DNA from: Amphiscolops sp. MND2022
Taxonomy: Eukaryota
NCBI GenBank assembly: GCA_964187785.1
Contig: OZ076416.1
Location: forward strand, 48,670,001-48,734,000
Direction: 5' to 3'
DNA length: 64,000 nt
Shown: positions 11,901 to 22,552 of the stretch, one piece after another
How the letters are laid out: every line of letters begins with the position of its first letter
Numbering within the stretch: the first letter of the stretch is position 1
Made by a program: the position numbers and the translations under genes
The notes under the pieces: generated by a model
What the model was told of the DNA's origin: nothing
Database searches by the model: none
The model's input: the letters and a program-made list of their open reading frames with translations, nothing else

Positions 11901-13140
11901 AAATTTTAGTTGACGAAATGGAGAAAATTAAGGTTGATGAAACACCAATTGAAATTATCGCGAAAACATCAAAACTAAGTCAACTTCTTGGAGAACCATC
12001 GACATCGACACCGAAGCAAATAGAATCCAGTCGACAGGAGATGGAAAGATATCTCAATTCCGAAAATTTGGGTATTGGCGAGTGCCCATTGCAATGGTGG
12101 AAGGAAAACGAGCGAAAATTTCCACGAATCAGCAAACTTGCAAGAAAAAATCTCCAAATACCAGCAACAAGTGCAAGCTCCGAGAGAAGTTTCAGTACTT
12201 TCGGCAATGTATATTGCCCGAAGCGCATGTCACTAAAAACTTCAACTGCGGAGGCTGTGTTATTTTTGAATAAAAATTCCAAATTTTTGTGAATTTTTCT
12301 TCGAAATAAAACTTCCTGAAAAAATTGCTGTTTTGTAGATAAAAGCCGGTTAACCGGTTATTTTTTTCCGGTTAACCGGTTAAATCAGATTCTTAACCGC
12401 TCCAGGCTCTAGCTACGAACCTAATGTTTACGTCGCTGAATTCTATGAAACTTTTTCTTAATCTGTATATTATATACAAGGTTTCACATTTTTTATTTTC
12501 AAGATTTGTTGATCTGCTGATCGAAAACGTTTGACTTTTATCCAAACTACAGTAGAATTTTCCATAACAACTGAGCTGCCTGTTATAAGATCGTTTGAAT
12601 CAACGAAAAATGGTGAAATATCTGGTAGTCAATCAACTAACATATAGATTGAATGATGAATTTGAATTAGTTGGCAACACGTCAGCTAGTTTCTGAAACA
12701 AGATAAAGCATTGGATTTCTATTGATTCAATGTACAGCTAACAAAGACTGTGGTCAATTCAGGATCACTCACCTGAAACGTAGCTTCGTCAACTTTGCAG
12801 CGTAAGTATTTCAAAATTAAGTAATTCAAATCTGAAACACAAACCCTTGCGTTATAAAAACAGGTAAAGATTAGGTCCAAAATTACCAATAGAACTTTAC
12901 AACTCAACAGCCTTGTTTTAGACAGAACTCCATTAGCAAAACACTGTGCAAAAGACTTACCCCACCCCATGGTTAAGTATCTTTTCTAGCCAAAATATGA
13001 CACTAAGCATGCACTCGAGGAAATAGAGTATGTTGTATTTAATGCCAAATTGACTTATTTCACTCACCATTTTCAGCAGTAGGAAGACGGTGCGAGGATC
13101 TGGGCACTCGAAGCACGTCTCTGTTGACGGAAACTTCCAT
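5754..13140 (-). CDS. BRWD1/BRWD3/PHIP: BRWD/PHIP-family WD-repeat (bromodomain) protein, N-terminal ~335 aa; complement(join(5754..5940,8244..8465,8873..9036,9501..9599,9871..10021,12642..12692,12773..12831,13068..13140)); 3' part not seen
   Basis: All eight exons have AG/GT borders with matching phases (total 1006 nt = 335 codons + 1). The translation follows the PHIP/BRWD N-terminus in order: DLNYLILKYL; YRHISDEHLLLIC..VQSLLG..SLLRT; LGHLMHVYCCSFDRTGTRIFT|GADDGLVKCW; SIE|FSP..RYLAST.LDGT.C.W. Confidence 0.88.
6886..7801. mobile_element. Complete ~916-bp CAAG-TIR non-autonomous element with internal tRNA-like cassette
   Basis: About 85-90 bp imperfect TIRs (CAAGCCGGGAACGGC..AAGTCGGCGCC..TAAGGCTCAAAA..AAAGTGTCAAGTATTCT..TACAGTACC) at 6886-6977 and 7720-7801; A box TGGCATAGAGG (7249-7259, minus) and B box GGTTCGAGTCTC (7196-7207, minus); no protein-coding capacity. 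Confidence 0.8.
8244..8465 (-). CDS. BRWD1/BRWD3/PHIP: BRWD/PHIP coding exon 7 (WD40)
   Basis: ttgcag|GGT; GADDGLVKCW..RGFEAEVADV..NTLLAAGGNDATVRVWDL..PVAVLKSH; GAA|GTTAGT. Confidence 0.9.
8873..9036 (-). CDS. BRWD1/BRWD3/PHIP: BRWD/PHIP coding exon 6
   Basis: ttgtttttag|CC; ..RVLGHLMHVYCCSFDRTGTRIFT; ACA|GTAGGT. Confidence 0.9.
9501..9599 (-). CDS. BRWD1/BRWD3/PHIP: BRWD/PHIP coding exon 5
   Basis: ttcatag|GG; AEQLQWGRDKL..PSGYTRPINI; G|GTATCT; phase 1/1 fits both neighbours. Confidence 0.7.
9871..10021 (-). CDS. BRWD1/BRWD3/PHIP: BRWD/PHIP coding exon 4
   Basis: ttgtttttcag|CCG; PNSYRHISDEHLLLICKR..IPNGVPKVQSLLGVANFSLLRTNR, resembling PHIP YRHLAPDHLLQIC..VQTLLGAGRQSLLR. The donor G|GTTCAA is weak but is the only GT before an in-frame stop. 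Confidence 0.82.
10570..10637 (-). pseudogene. tRNA-Lys(CTT)-like sequence inside the hAT left subterminal region
   Basis: Reverse complement: CACGTAGCTCAGTCG (A box) ..GTGT CTCTTGA.. GGTCCTGGGATCGAGCC (B-box-like). The loop CTCTTGA contains CTT; acceptor and anticodon stems are not intact. Confidence 0.6.
10813..12292 (+). pseudogene. hAT transposase remnant (BED finger plus C-terminal dimerization domain; region with the first catalytic Asp missing)
   Basis: VWKH..CSVC..GTST..YHL..RH (BED finger); CLAHLLSL (CxxH); VETRWNS; PLQWWK..FPRISKLARK.L.IPATSASSERSFS (hATC). Stop at 10828-10830; frame change and deletion near 11240. Confidence 0.9.
12642..12692 (-). CDS. BRWD1/BRWD3/PHIP: BRWD/PHIP coding exon 3 (51 nt)
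   Basis: tcttgtttcag|AAA; KLADVLPTNSNSSFNLY; TAT|GTTAGT; phase 0/0. Confidence 0.6.
12773..12831 (-). CDS. BRWD1/BRWD3/PHIP: BRWD/PHIP coding exon 2 (LisH-like start)
   Basis: tttgtgtttcag|AT; DLNYLILKYLRCKVDEATFQ resembles ELYFLIARFL..; CAG|GTGAGT. Confidence 0.75.
13068..13140 (-). CDS. BRWD1/BRWD3/PHIP: BRWD/PHIP first coding exon (putative)
   Basis: ATG with an in-frame upstream TGA; MEVSVNRDVLRVPRSSHRLPTAEN; G|GTGAGT phase-1 donor matches exon 2. Confidence 0.6.
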
Positions 13141-14338
13141 CCTCACTCAACTTTCCTCTGGACCATGAGTCAAACTATGACATCATCGCCAGAAACTGCC
13201 AAAAACCATCTGAAAAATATCGCCCATGTATATTGGCACATCGCTAACATTAAACAAGGCTCATAAGTAATGGAACCAGAGCCACATGTGCGGCAAAGGA
13301 CTCGGAAACGGATTAAAATACTGAAAAACCAAATTACCTACTTTGTCATTTGGTTATTTTTGGACCAATTTTGACCAATGTTTCTCAGATCCGTCAAACT
13401 ATTTTCGTTTCATTGCACACATAGAACCCTAATTTGGTGTAAAATGACTGCAATCGTATAAACAGTTTGATAAATTTGAAATTTTCATTGAAAAGTCGGG
13501 AGAAAAAGGTACGATTGCATAAGTAGTCGAAAACTTTTTCCGACTCCTAAAAATGAAAATATCGGTTTAGTTAAATTGAGATAGTAGCTCCATCAACGGT
13601 TTGACAATTCCTTTGAAAACGGTGTTAGCCAAGCTTTTTAACCGATCCGTAAACAAACTGATTGGGTCAAATTACACTCAAATTACACTGATTGGGTCAT
13701 TATTTCAAATAGTTCATGCGGTTGTGGTGAAGTCTTTGGACAGAAAAGTTGCGAAAACTTCATTGCAGAATATTGGATAACAAGCTGTGAATTGAAATCA
13801 TTCCAGATTACTTGAAAATAGATGCGTATTGGAACCTTGTCGGAAAGGTTTCAAGGGCTTTTAAAGCATTTTCTTCAAATTTCAATGATGCATGTTTGAA
13901 ATTTTTACGAGCATTATGAAGTTTGAATGACTTGAAGAAATGTGACATGTAGAGTTTGAAAATTTGTCCTCCTATGATGAGCGGCAAAACTAGGTTTAAA
14001 AAAGGCAGAAACAGTCCTTCAAACTTGCCAAGGACCTGTCTCTGAGTTCTCTAACTTTTGGGCTCTTCTCGTGTCAATATGGTTGCAAAATATAAAAGTA
14101 TTCAAGACGACTCTTATGACATAGGGAAAAATCTAGTGAGAACCAAAATGAGGAGCCTTCAGGTACCATAATATTTTGATGAAAAGAACTAACTTTTCGT
14201 GAATGAACTATGAAAACATTTGTGGCACTTGCGTATAATTGTAGGTTTCAGTATTGTGTGTTTGTGTAAAAAAATGGAATTTCAAAAATTTTCCAACTTC
14301 ATTTATTCCTAAAATACAGCAACCCAAAAATATGTAAA

Positions 14339-14760
14339 CAAGCCGGGAACGGCCAAAGTCTACACTGTATCTAAAGCTCAAAAACCGCAACGTTTTTGAA
14401 ATTGTGAAAGGGGGACCCTTTGGGCTTTTTGCAACTCGAGTTTGTCGTAAAATATTTTCAGAAAATGTCTCATAGTGCCGAAAAAAGTTCAAGTGAAAAA
14501 CACCATGATAGTCAAAGGGTAAATTTTCCTTAGTAAGTTTTCGAGGTTCTGAACGTCGGTTTTTTGTTTTGGACGAAATTCTAACGTTTCGAGTATGTTT
14601 TGTACGTCCTTTGTTCAAGTTGTTTTTGAACAAATGAACAAAAAAGTGGACCTTACGCGTCTGATAAAACTACCCACTGTGAGAGTCCGGCAATTTTCTC
14701 CAAAAGCGCCGACTAAAAATGAATTGGGCCCAGATAAAAGACCAAAATTTTCTGGACGAA
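14339..14760. mobile_element. CAAG-TIR family copy (left part)
   Basis: CAAGCCGGGAACGGCCAAAGTC..TATCTAAAGCTCAAAAA terminus; internal tctcatagtgccgaaaaaa and aaaagcgccgactaaaaa motifs. Confidence 0.75.
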
Positions 14761-16914
14761 TTAGGATTTTCGTAAAATGTAAAACTGAAAGTTGATTAAT
14801 TTTCGATGTTCATTACAAATATTAATTTACAGAAACTTAAGGACTATGCATTTTAATACTAATTTCGCTTCTAAAATTTTTAAAAAAATCTTTTTTATTC
14901 TTTCAGGTGCCTTTTCAACAAAGGTGTCCAGAGATAATTTTCATTGCAAGATTCTGAATATAAATCCTCTTGAACAGATCGTTTCAGAGAAAGAAACATG
15001 AAAACAATTAGATGGGTGAAAAAATTCATTTGAGAAACGGTATAGAGATAGTTTTTCTTGGAAATTTCGGTTAACAAAACATACAGTACTGTGATCGTCC
15101 CCTATGCGCTCAACGTCTTTATAAATCAACTGCAATTGCTCGAATGTTCTCACTTTTGGATTTGATTTGCGCATTAGGTAACATATCAAGATATTCAATT
15201 CAGATATTTTCCCGATTTGGAGATTTTTGAGTATTTAGATTCATTGGATTCTGCATATTGTCTAGAATCCAGTGGTAACATTTTGTGCCAGTCTGATATC
15301 TCGGAAACAGTTGATCATTTTCTAAATCAAAATATATCCATGATTCAGATTTGAGGGAGTTAATTGAGTATAGAACCTACCAAAAAAGCTGTAGGTGAAA
15401 CAGAAAATTGGGAAAACGGCAGAAAATTGCATCAAAAAAATCAGCTGTGTAACTTTTAATTTTTTTAAATAAGCCCCTGCGGGACACAGTACCATTTTTT
15501 CTTTTAGGCTTCCATCATCAATAATAGAAGCATATCTTAATGATTTATATAGCGCACAATCACTACCAGTTTACACCGCCTTTAATTATTCTCGGACTAA
15601 AGAAAATATAGCTACTAAGCGAAGACGAAGTTTCGCATTCGCATTTGAATGCAGAAGCTCTCGGCGAGCGAATACTTAACACTCGTTCGCTTCATCTCAA
15701 TAACTCGGCGTACGGAAGCATAATCACCACTCGCTCGTTCCATCGCACGAAAAACGAAGTTGTCGGCAGCTTGAGAAATTCAAATCTCACGCTTTTACTC
15801 ACTGCCGAACAAAATATCTGAATTTTTCAGTATCGCAAAAATTTTACTGAAAAAAGTTGAAATCTTGAGATTTTAATAATATTCCTGCTATCGCAAAAAT
15901 GATAAAAATAATGGAAAGTGGATCAAATTCGAAAAAAAATCGGTTTCGATGTCTTCAAAATTTTTCAAACGATTTCAGGAAAATAGAGCTTAAAATTGCA
16001 CGGGGATGATTTTAAACCCTAGTACTATATTATCGTTATTAGAGGACAGACTAGTTCCCGTAAATGATACAAAAATTCATAACTGCAACTGTGAGAAACC
16101 TAAACTTGCTCTCCTAGATCAGGAATCAGTAGTAAAAACAAGGAGTCAAGCTACAAAACTGTTTGCAAAACTTATTCTGAAGTATCTTCACAAATTGAAA
16201 GATACTTGGTCAAACATTTTTTATTACCTCCAGTCAAAATCATTCTTGGTAATCGGGGGTCCAAATCTTTCATTACAGTACGGCACGTCTGGCATTTTAC
16301 ACTGTACAAGGCACAGCACTTTTAACACTGAAACAAAAATAATCGAAACTTTTCTGAGACAGGGTCAATAAACTCCCACAAATTGAGTACGTTCCATGTA
16401 ATTGAGTATGTCCAGTTTTCCAGAACATGAAGGTCAAATCAAGATCAATTGGAATTAGAAGTGTCCAACAGGACTGAATTTTATCCTGAGGTATTTATGA
16501 AAAGAACTGTCGAACTTCAAGTACTCTGTCCCTTCATAATTTCGATCTCATAAACCTCAACTCTAACTGAATACATTAACCCTAATGAACCTAGTGCTGC
16601 TTTAAAGCAGCCTACCTTTTTTTCCAAATTCTGATTCCTTTTGCCAGTACCCCATTTTCTCTAGCACAGTTTTTTTTCAACAAGTAATCGGTACCTAGCT
16701 TGATTTGAATGGCACAAGCATTAGAAAAAGTGAATATGTCTCCAAAGCTGAGAAAAATGTTTTTTTTTTAACACAAAAAATAGTTATATTTTCCCAAAAT
16801 TCAGTTTTCTCAACAGAAAAAAGTCTTTGATCAACAGAAAAAACCAACCACATATCCTTGCACAGCAAGTCCTGGTGCAACAAACCCCAATAATATTCGG
16901 TTGTTACTACAAGC

Positions 16915-17090
16915 ACCCGAGCAGCACGAAGTGCGGAACTGCCGTGTAGCGGCGGTACCGGAAAAAGACTAAAATTCCGAAGGAAGGGGCGCGCGGCGAC
17001 AGAGGCTCACCTGACCAAAATGAAAGCCCAATACCAGAGCTTTCAAACGCGCTATAGTTCGTTCCTCTGGTACGCGTAGTTGTGGAGATA
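16915..17090 (-). promoter_or_regulatory. CpG/GC-rich island with a strong splice donor; candidate non-coding first exon or promoter of the BRWD gene
   Basis: Local GC/CpG peak in AT-rich surroundings; ttttggtCAG|GTGAGC donor with exon end at 17011; lies between the RPS19 3' end and the BRWD ATG. Confidence 0.4.
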
Positions 17091-17269
17091 TTGATGATTT
17101 AAATTTTTTTATCAAATTTTTTGAAAATTTTAAAAACGCCCAGGTCAATTGGGGTTAAACAAATTTAAAGCAAAATATATTTTTATTTCCAATTTTTAGT
17201 GGGCGCTTCATGAAATAAAACGCGACAAATGTAGTTACTTTTCTTAGTTTTTTAACGTTTTCCAATGAG

Positions 17270-17640
17270 GCCGAAGTGACCAAAAGACTTCTGAAAGTCT
17301 AAGACCTAATGAGAGCAAAAGGGTCCTCTTTATTTTTAAACCATATTATTCAAATGACAGCTATTTGTGGGTCTTATTTGGCACTATGCTACTTTTTTCG
17401 ACAAATTTTTCATCCAACAAAAACGGTTTTTAGCTTTTTTGTTCATTGAATGTTTTCATTAGATAGCATGTGCTTTGGATCAAATTCGGACCTCCTGTAT
17501 ATAAAACCACTGCACCAGCTATTTGTAGAACTCCGTAATTTCGTAGAATTTCGTTTACCGACAAAAAATCACTGAAACATTTCCTAAAGCGCCGACCAAA
17601 AAGATGGGGCTTTGAAATTTTAAAATTAGGACCAATACAG
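17270..17640. repeat. Degenerate CAAG-TIR family internal fragments
   Basis: ggcactatgctactttttt and aaagcgccgaccaaaaa motifs shared with the family. Confidence 0.5.
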
Positions 17641-17928
17641 ACTTGCCAAGAAGCTCACTAAAACTCTCCTGTAAACTAATTAGAGGAAGAAAAGCGGTTA
17701 ATGGAACTCGCTAAAACACTTTATAATCCACCTTTTCCAAGGAAAGTGTGTAATTTAGACCTAACCAGTTTTCATCAGGTGAAAACATTTCACCCGAATT
17801 GAGAACTTTCACAAACGGAAACTCTTAACTTGTATCGTCTAAGACGAACACACTTGCATCTCCCTCTCAAATTACAACAAACAATAAAAACAGGTTTTAA
17901 TCTTCAAAACAGTTGAATTCAAAGATTA

Positions 17929-19103
17929 TTACTGTGCAGCAGCAGGGGCGGCGGCTGCTGCAGTGCCCCCAGTGCCGGTGGAGCCTCCCTTGGCGATCTG
18001 CACTGCCATTCTGTCGAGGACCTTTCTGCCATTGGTGGTGAGAGCACGGCCCCCATCCTCGTGCAACTCTACGTATCCCAGTTTCTGCAGCTGCTGGAAC
18101 CCCCTTCTGATCACTCCCTTGTTTGCAGGGACCGTGTGCTCGGGACGAGATCCGTAGCTCTTTCGGCAAGAGTACAAAAATCGAGTTCTGCCCACACCTG
18201 AAAACGCCTCCCAATCAGTACATCTGTGTATAAAAGGATTCTTTATTACATGCACACCGCAAAGGGTCACGTTCAGAACTGACCCATAAAACGGAACGAA
18301 AATTTACAAACTGGGACATGTTTCTAATGCGACTGCATGATTGTTGAGCGAAAAATTCGGAGACTTTTTCAAGTCTTGCACTTTTCAACCCTTTCAGATT
18401 TAAATGAAAACATACGTGAAATAAAGTTATTCAACTTTCAAAATTTTTTGACGAAAACTAACTTTTCGAAGGAACTTTTACAGCTGTCATGTATTTACTT
18501 GATCTTATCACTCGGAAACGAACAAAGACAGGGGTATTTTCCGCCCGGAACATTTCAGCAACATTTTCAAAAAACGCGCAGAACTTGCACAAAAAATGCA
18601 AAAATTTTAGACACTTTCTCCAGAAAGTTTAGATATTTCCATAAATATCTAAGATATGAAACTTGAAAATTTTAATCCATTGATTCCTCCGGAAAGCGCT
18701 TCATGCTGTGGGCGAAACTTTGTGAAGTATGGCTAATATTTTTAATCGAAAAGAACGCGGCATATATATTTAGATCAATTTTCCACAATGCTCTTTGTGA
18801 AATACAGGCGGAAAATAAATGGTTCAAGTTGATACTGGAAAGACGGCGGGCGGGTGACTAACCAATATGGCTGCGGTAATACATTCTGCGCATCATGGAG
18901 GCGAGTCTGTAGTAGAACCAGTCCCTAGAGGAGGGAGGCAGTTCCTTGCCGTGCGAGGTCTTCGCATACTCGAAGTGGGCCGGCATCGTAATCTTGCCTT
19001 GCTTCTTCAAAAACTTGGCCACCGTCTTCACCAGAGAGCCTTGAGGCACATCACAGGCCAGAACTCCGCTTGTTTTTCCTCGGAAAGCACTGTTGGCAAC
19101 CAT
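17929..19103 (-). CDS. RPS19: 40S ribosomal protein S19 (eS19), divergent; complement(join(17929..18197,18863..19103)), 169 aa
   Basis: DVPQGSLVKTVAKFLKKQGK..KTSHGKELPP..DWFYYRLAS..R..Y | GVG..GSRPEH..IRRGFQQLQKLG.VE..GGRALT..GRKVLDR.A.QI; G|GTTAGT and ttttcag|GT give a phase-1 intron. Confidence 0.93.
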
Positions 19104-20844
19104 TTTTTGTTCTGAAAATAAATTCACATCAAATCGATCACTTGAGAAATGACTCAAAACAGTTTCAGATTACAAATGAAACGATAGGTGTGCGAAATTG
19201 AGAAATTCGAAAGCGCAAAAAATTGAATCACAAATTACAACTTTTGCTCGAAGATTATGACTGGTGGAATTGAAAAAAAACGCACTTCAATTCTGTTTAG
19301 TATTGACAGTAGGGTAGTTTGAAAAAATGCACAAGTAACTAATATTCTTTTTATTAGCGTATAAACACTTTTCGAACGGAAACAGATCGGATACTTGAAC
19401 TAACAGCGTTCAATAGAGCACGATAAAAACCAGTATTTTTGGCTCAATTTTCGATTTTCCGTTGAAAAACGCTCACCCGAGCATTTCCGCTTTGACCATA
19501 TTCTTGCATCTATTTTAAAACAGAATGTAAAGCATAAAATGGATTCAAATAAATCTATACTGTCGGATAAATCATTTAATTGTACAAAACTTTTACATTT
19601 TACATAAATATAATTTCATCTGTGAGTATTTCTTAAAAACTCCCATAACAAAAGTATCAATTGATTGACTCAGTCAAAAATTCAAACTTTCCAATGTTAC
19701 ATGGAAATACATTGGGTTTCAACAGAGATTGAAATTAGAGAATTAAGTGGTTTCCTTGGAATGGGAGGATAATTTATAGGATAAAATCGAATCGTGTAAA
19801 CATGAGTAAAATTCAACCGTGAGAGGTCGGTCTGGTCTCATTCTGACAACTAAAAACTCTATTTACTGCAGTGGTACTTATATAAAAATGTAATCTATAT
19901 TTGTACATACTATTTTGAAATATTTTGCGCAAAAAGACCAACAAGATAGAATGATAGAAACAAATGTTGAGTTTGGAGAAACTCGGTCGGATATAAAAAT
20001 AAACGCCAACATCTTCAACTAAATGTAAATTTTCAAGTAAAATTCACTCATTTCAATCAGATTGCAACATTTGGCTGGTGGATGATTTGACACAGTATAT
20101 CATGAAGATAGATTCAACAAACGCGCTCAGCTAGCTAAATTCATGAATTTCATGAAGCTTGAAAACAATGTCGAAAAGGATATTCATTCCTTCGCTACAT
20201 CTTTACAGCAATTTTCCGAAAGCAATGCAATTTGATTACTTTTGAAACTCATCTTTGTGAACAGTATTTTGATTGAAAAGACGAGCTTACCAATGGAAAG
20301 AAGCTTCAAGTTTTCATTTCATGAACATATGAAGGGAGAAAAATCGTGAGACATGAAAAGCACCGGAATTCAGTAGGGCGTGTACTTATTGGAACCGAAC
20401 AGTTTTTGATGAATAATATTACAGTATCTTGTTGTCTTGTGTGTGGAAAAACTGTAGAAACGAACAAAGTTGTCTGTCTTGTTTCAATAATGAAAGGTGA
20501 ATTGAAGCGACAATGTTTTAAATAATCATCTGAGCTAATTTGGAACTTATGAGAGAAAGCAAGAAAGTACCAGCTTCTCATCCGTTTTGTTCAACAAAAC
20601 ATGCAGCATCGTAGTCTTGTAGTTTGGCACTGGGAAAACACTTCGTAGCTTAGCAGCTAAAGTGTCAAATAGCTTGTTTAACTCTTGATCCCAAAGGTCA
20701 GATGCTTCGCTAGTCGGCCAACCTTGGAAACGGCGAAAGACGTTACACTCGGCGAAAATCGAAAATATACATGATTGAAGAAGTAGGTAAAGTATTGGAA
20801 TATTTGAAATATTGAATGAATTGTGAATTGAAATAAATCTGTCT

Positions 20845-22552
20845 TCACGAGTCGGTGGCAGAGTGGGGTTCAAAAGAATTTGAGAAGTTCGGAGGAAGGG
20901 CGCTGTCGGCTTCGGACGTCTGTCTGCGACAAACATTGGCGAACTCGCGTTCCAAAATAGTCCTGTACCTGTTAGGATTGGAGGGTATCCTGAGGAGGAT
21001 AGCCAAGGAATGACAAGTGAATTCAGGATCCAGAACTAACACACCACCGTGAACTCCGCTTTCAGAGAGATTCGAGACAAAATCTTCCAACCCAATGCGA
21101 CAAAGCCATTGCGCAATCATGCGGTTTGACCAGATCAAAAGATTCATTTCGTAGTTTGATGAAATAGCTTCCTTCTGTAACGCTTCAAGCTCTTTGCGGT
21201 CATAGTTTAGTTTATTAAGAACCTTGACCCCAGCAATAATGGAACTGCGATGAAAACTGTCGACGACCTTCAGTTGTCTCTGCATGTCTTTCTTGCTCAG
21301 ATGAGACAACATCCTTGCATCTACGAGGCACTCCATGAACGTGGATCTGTATTGAGGTAATCCTAACATGGGAAGCCACTCATTGCCAATCCACTCGTGA
21401 TTCATATCACCAAAAATGAGCGGATTCACGATTCTTGATTTGCGGCTGGAAGAATTAGAAGTATATTCCACAATTTCTTGGATAGCCAGTCTCAATTTTA
21501 GTCGATGCAAATAATTGGAGATGCCAATTTCACGCTGAATTTCTGTATCAGATAAAGCTGACATAATTGCTCCGCTTTTGACGTTAGCCCTACAGGCTGC
21601 AACATACCATGCCGGCATCCCGACCCATAGCTCCAACCAAGCTACAACTGTTGGTCCCGACCATTGGGCAAAAGGTATTTCGTCTTCGATTGCACCATGC
21701 AGTAAGTCCAGCTTTTTATTCCTCCTAAGATCAGAATCTAATTGCCCATTCACCATATTACCTCCCCCGCCTCGACCGTAACCCCCTTGGTTCATCATCA
21801 TACCCCCCTGCAGAGATTCCTGGGAGCCAATTTCGCTCTCACTGGCAGCACCTCCATCATAGTAATCCATCATTCCGTCTTTCCTTAACTTTTCCTTTCT
21901 GCCGAAAAACTTTCCGAGCGAGCCCTTGAAGCTGCCTTGTTTCTTCTTGAGCCCTGCAGAGCCAGCCCCTGAGTTCTGCATCTTCTGCATTGGATGCCCG
22001 GTGGATCTATGAGGAAGCGTGTAGAGCCCGTCTCCGTACTGGAAGTCTTGGCTGTGATTGTACATGTCGGCCGGATGCTGGCCATTCTGGCTGTTATAGA
22101 GCATAGCCTGGCTGCCATGTGGACTGTCTGGAGGCTTCTCCACTCCGCGCAGCCAGTCCTGCTTGCGATCAAAGTTGGAGTGATGATTGCGGAATTTGGA
22201 TGGTAGTGTCATGTGATTCGCCCTAGCTGCAGAGTGCCCGTGGCCACCGCCAAAGCCCCACACAGGGGAAGCATCCGCGTTGATGGGAGGGCTGGAATTG
22301 TCGAGGTCATCGATGCTCCCGCTGTCTATCTTATTGACAAGTTCTTCCGTCCTCATTTCCGTGTTTTGTTTCTCCTCCTCAATCAACTTCATTTCCTTGT
22401 CTATTGCATCTAGCTGGTCTTGCAGAACGCGACACAGACTGAGAGTCTCGGCGTCAGTTACAGCAGAGCTCTGATTGCACGCAGTTGAGGTAAACATCAT
22501 GTCGTTGGCATTTGAAGGCGGGAGGGTTCCAGGCGGAGAGTAGAAAGCCTCG
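20845..22552 (-). CDS. PPFIA: Liprin-alpha last coding exon (SAM1-3)
   Basis: ttttcag|C acceptor; SAM triplet; stop at 20845. Confidence 0.93.

Larger units (their letters stand above)
10473..12411 (+). mobile_element. hAT (Ac/ZBED-like) DNA transposon, internally deleted, inside a BRWD intron
   Basis: Perfect 8-bp TSD gctacgaa (10465-10472, 12412-12419); TIRs TAGGGCATGGAGCGGTTAA / TAGAGCCTGGAGCGGTTAA; subterminal GGTTAACC arrays. Confidence 0.93.

Noticed and set aside
13700-13900. Possible hAT C-terminal remnant (ALKALETFPT)
   Set aside because: The match is too short and lacks the following conserved residues.
16006-16620. 121-aa plus-strand ORF, or a LINE RT remnant on the minus strand
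   Set aside because: The ORF has no motif; the minus strand shows only a faint HKYLRI / MERTQ resemblance with many stops, too weak to call.
18198-18862. Intronic snoRNA in RPS19
   Set aside because: No C box (RTGATGA) and D box pair is seen on the sense strand; a single hairpin at about 18263-18285 is not enough to call an H/ACA RNA.
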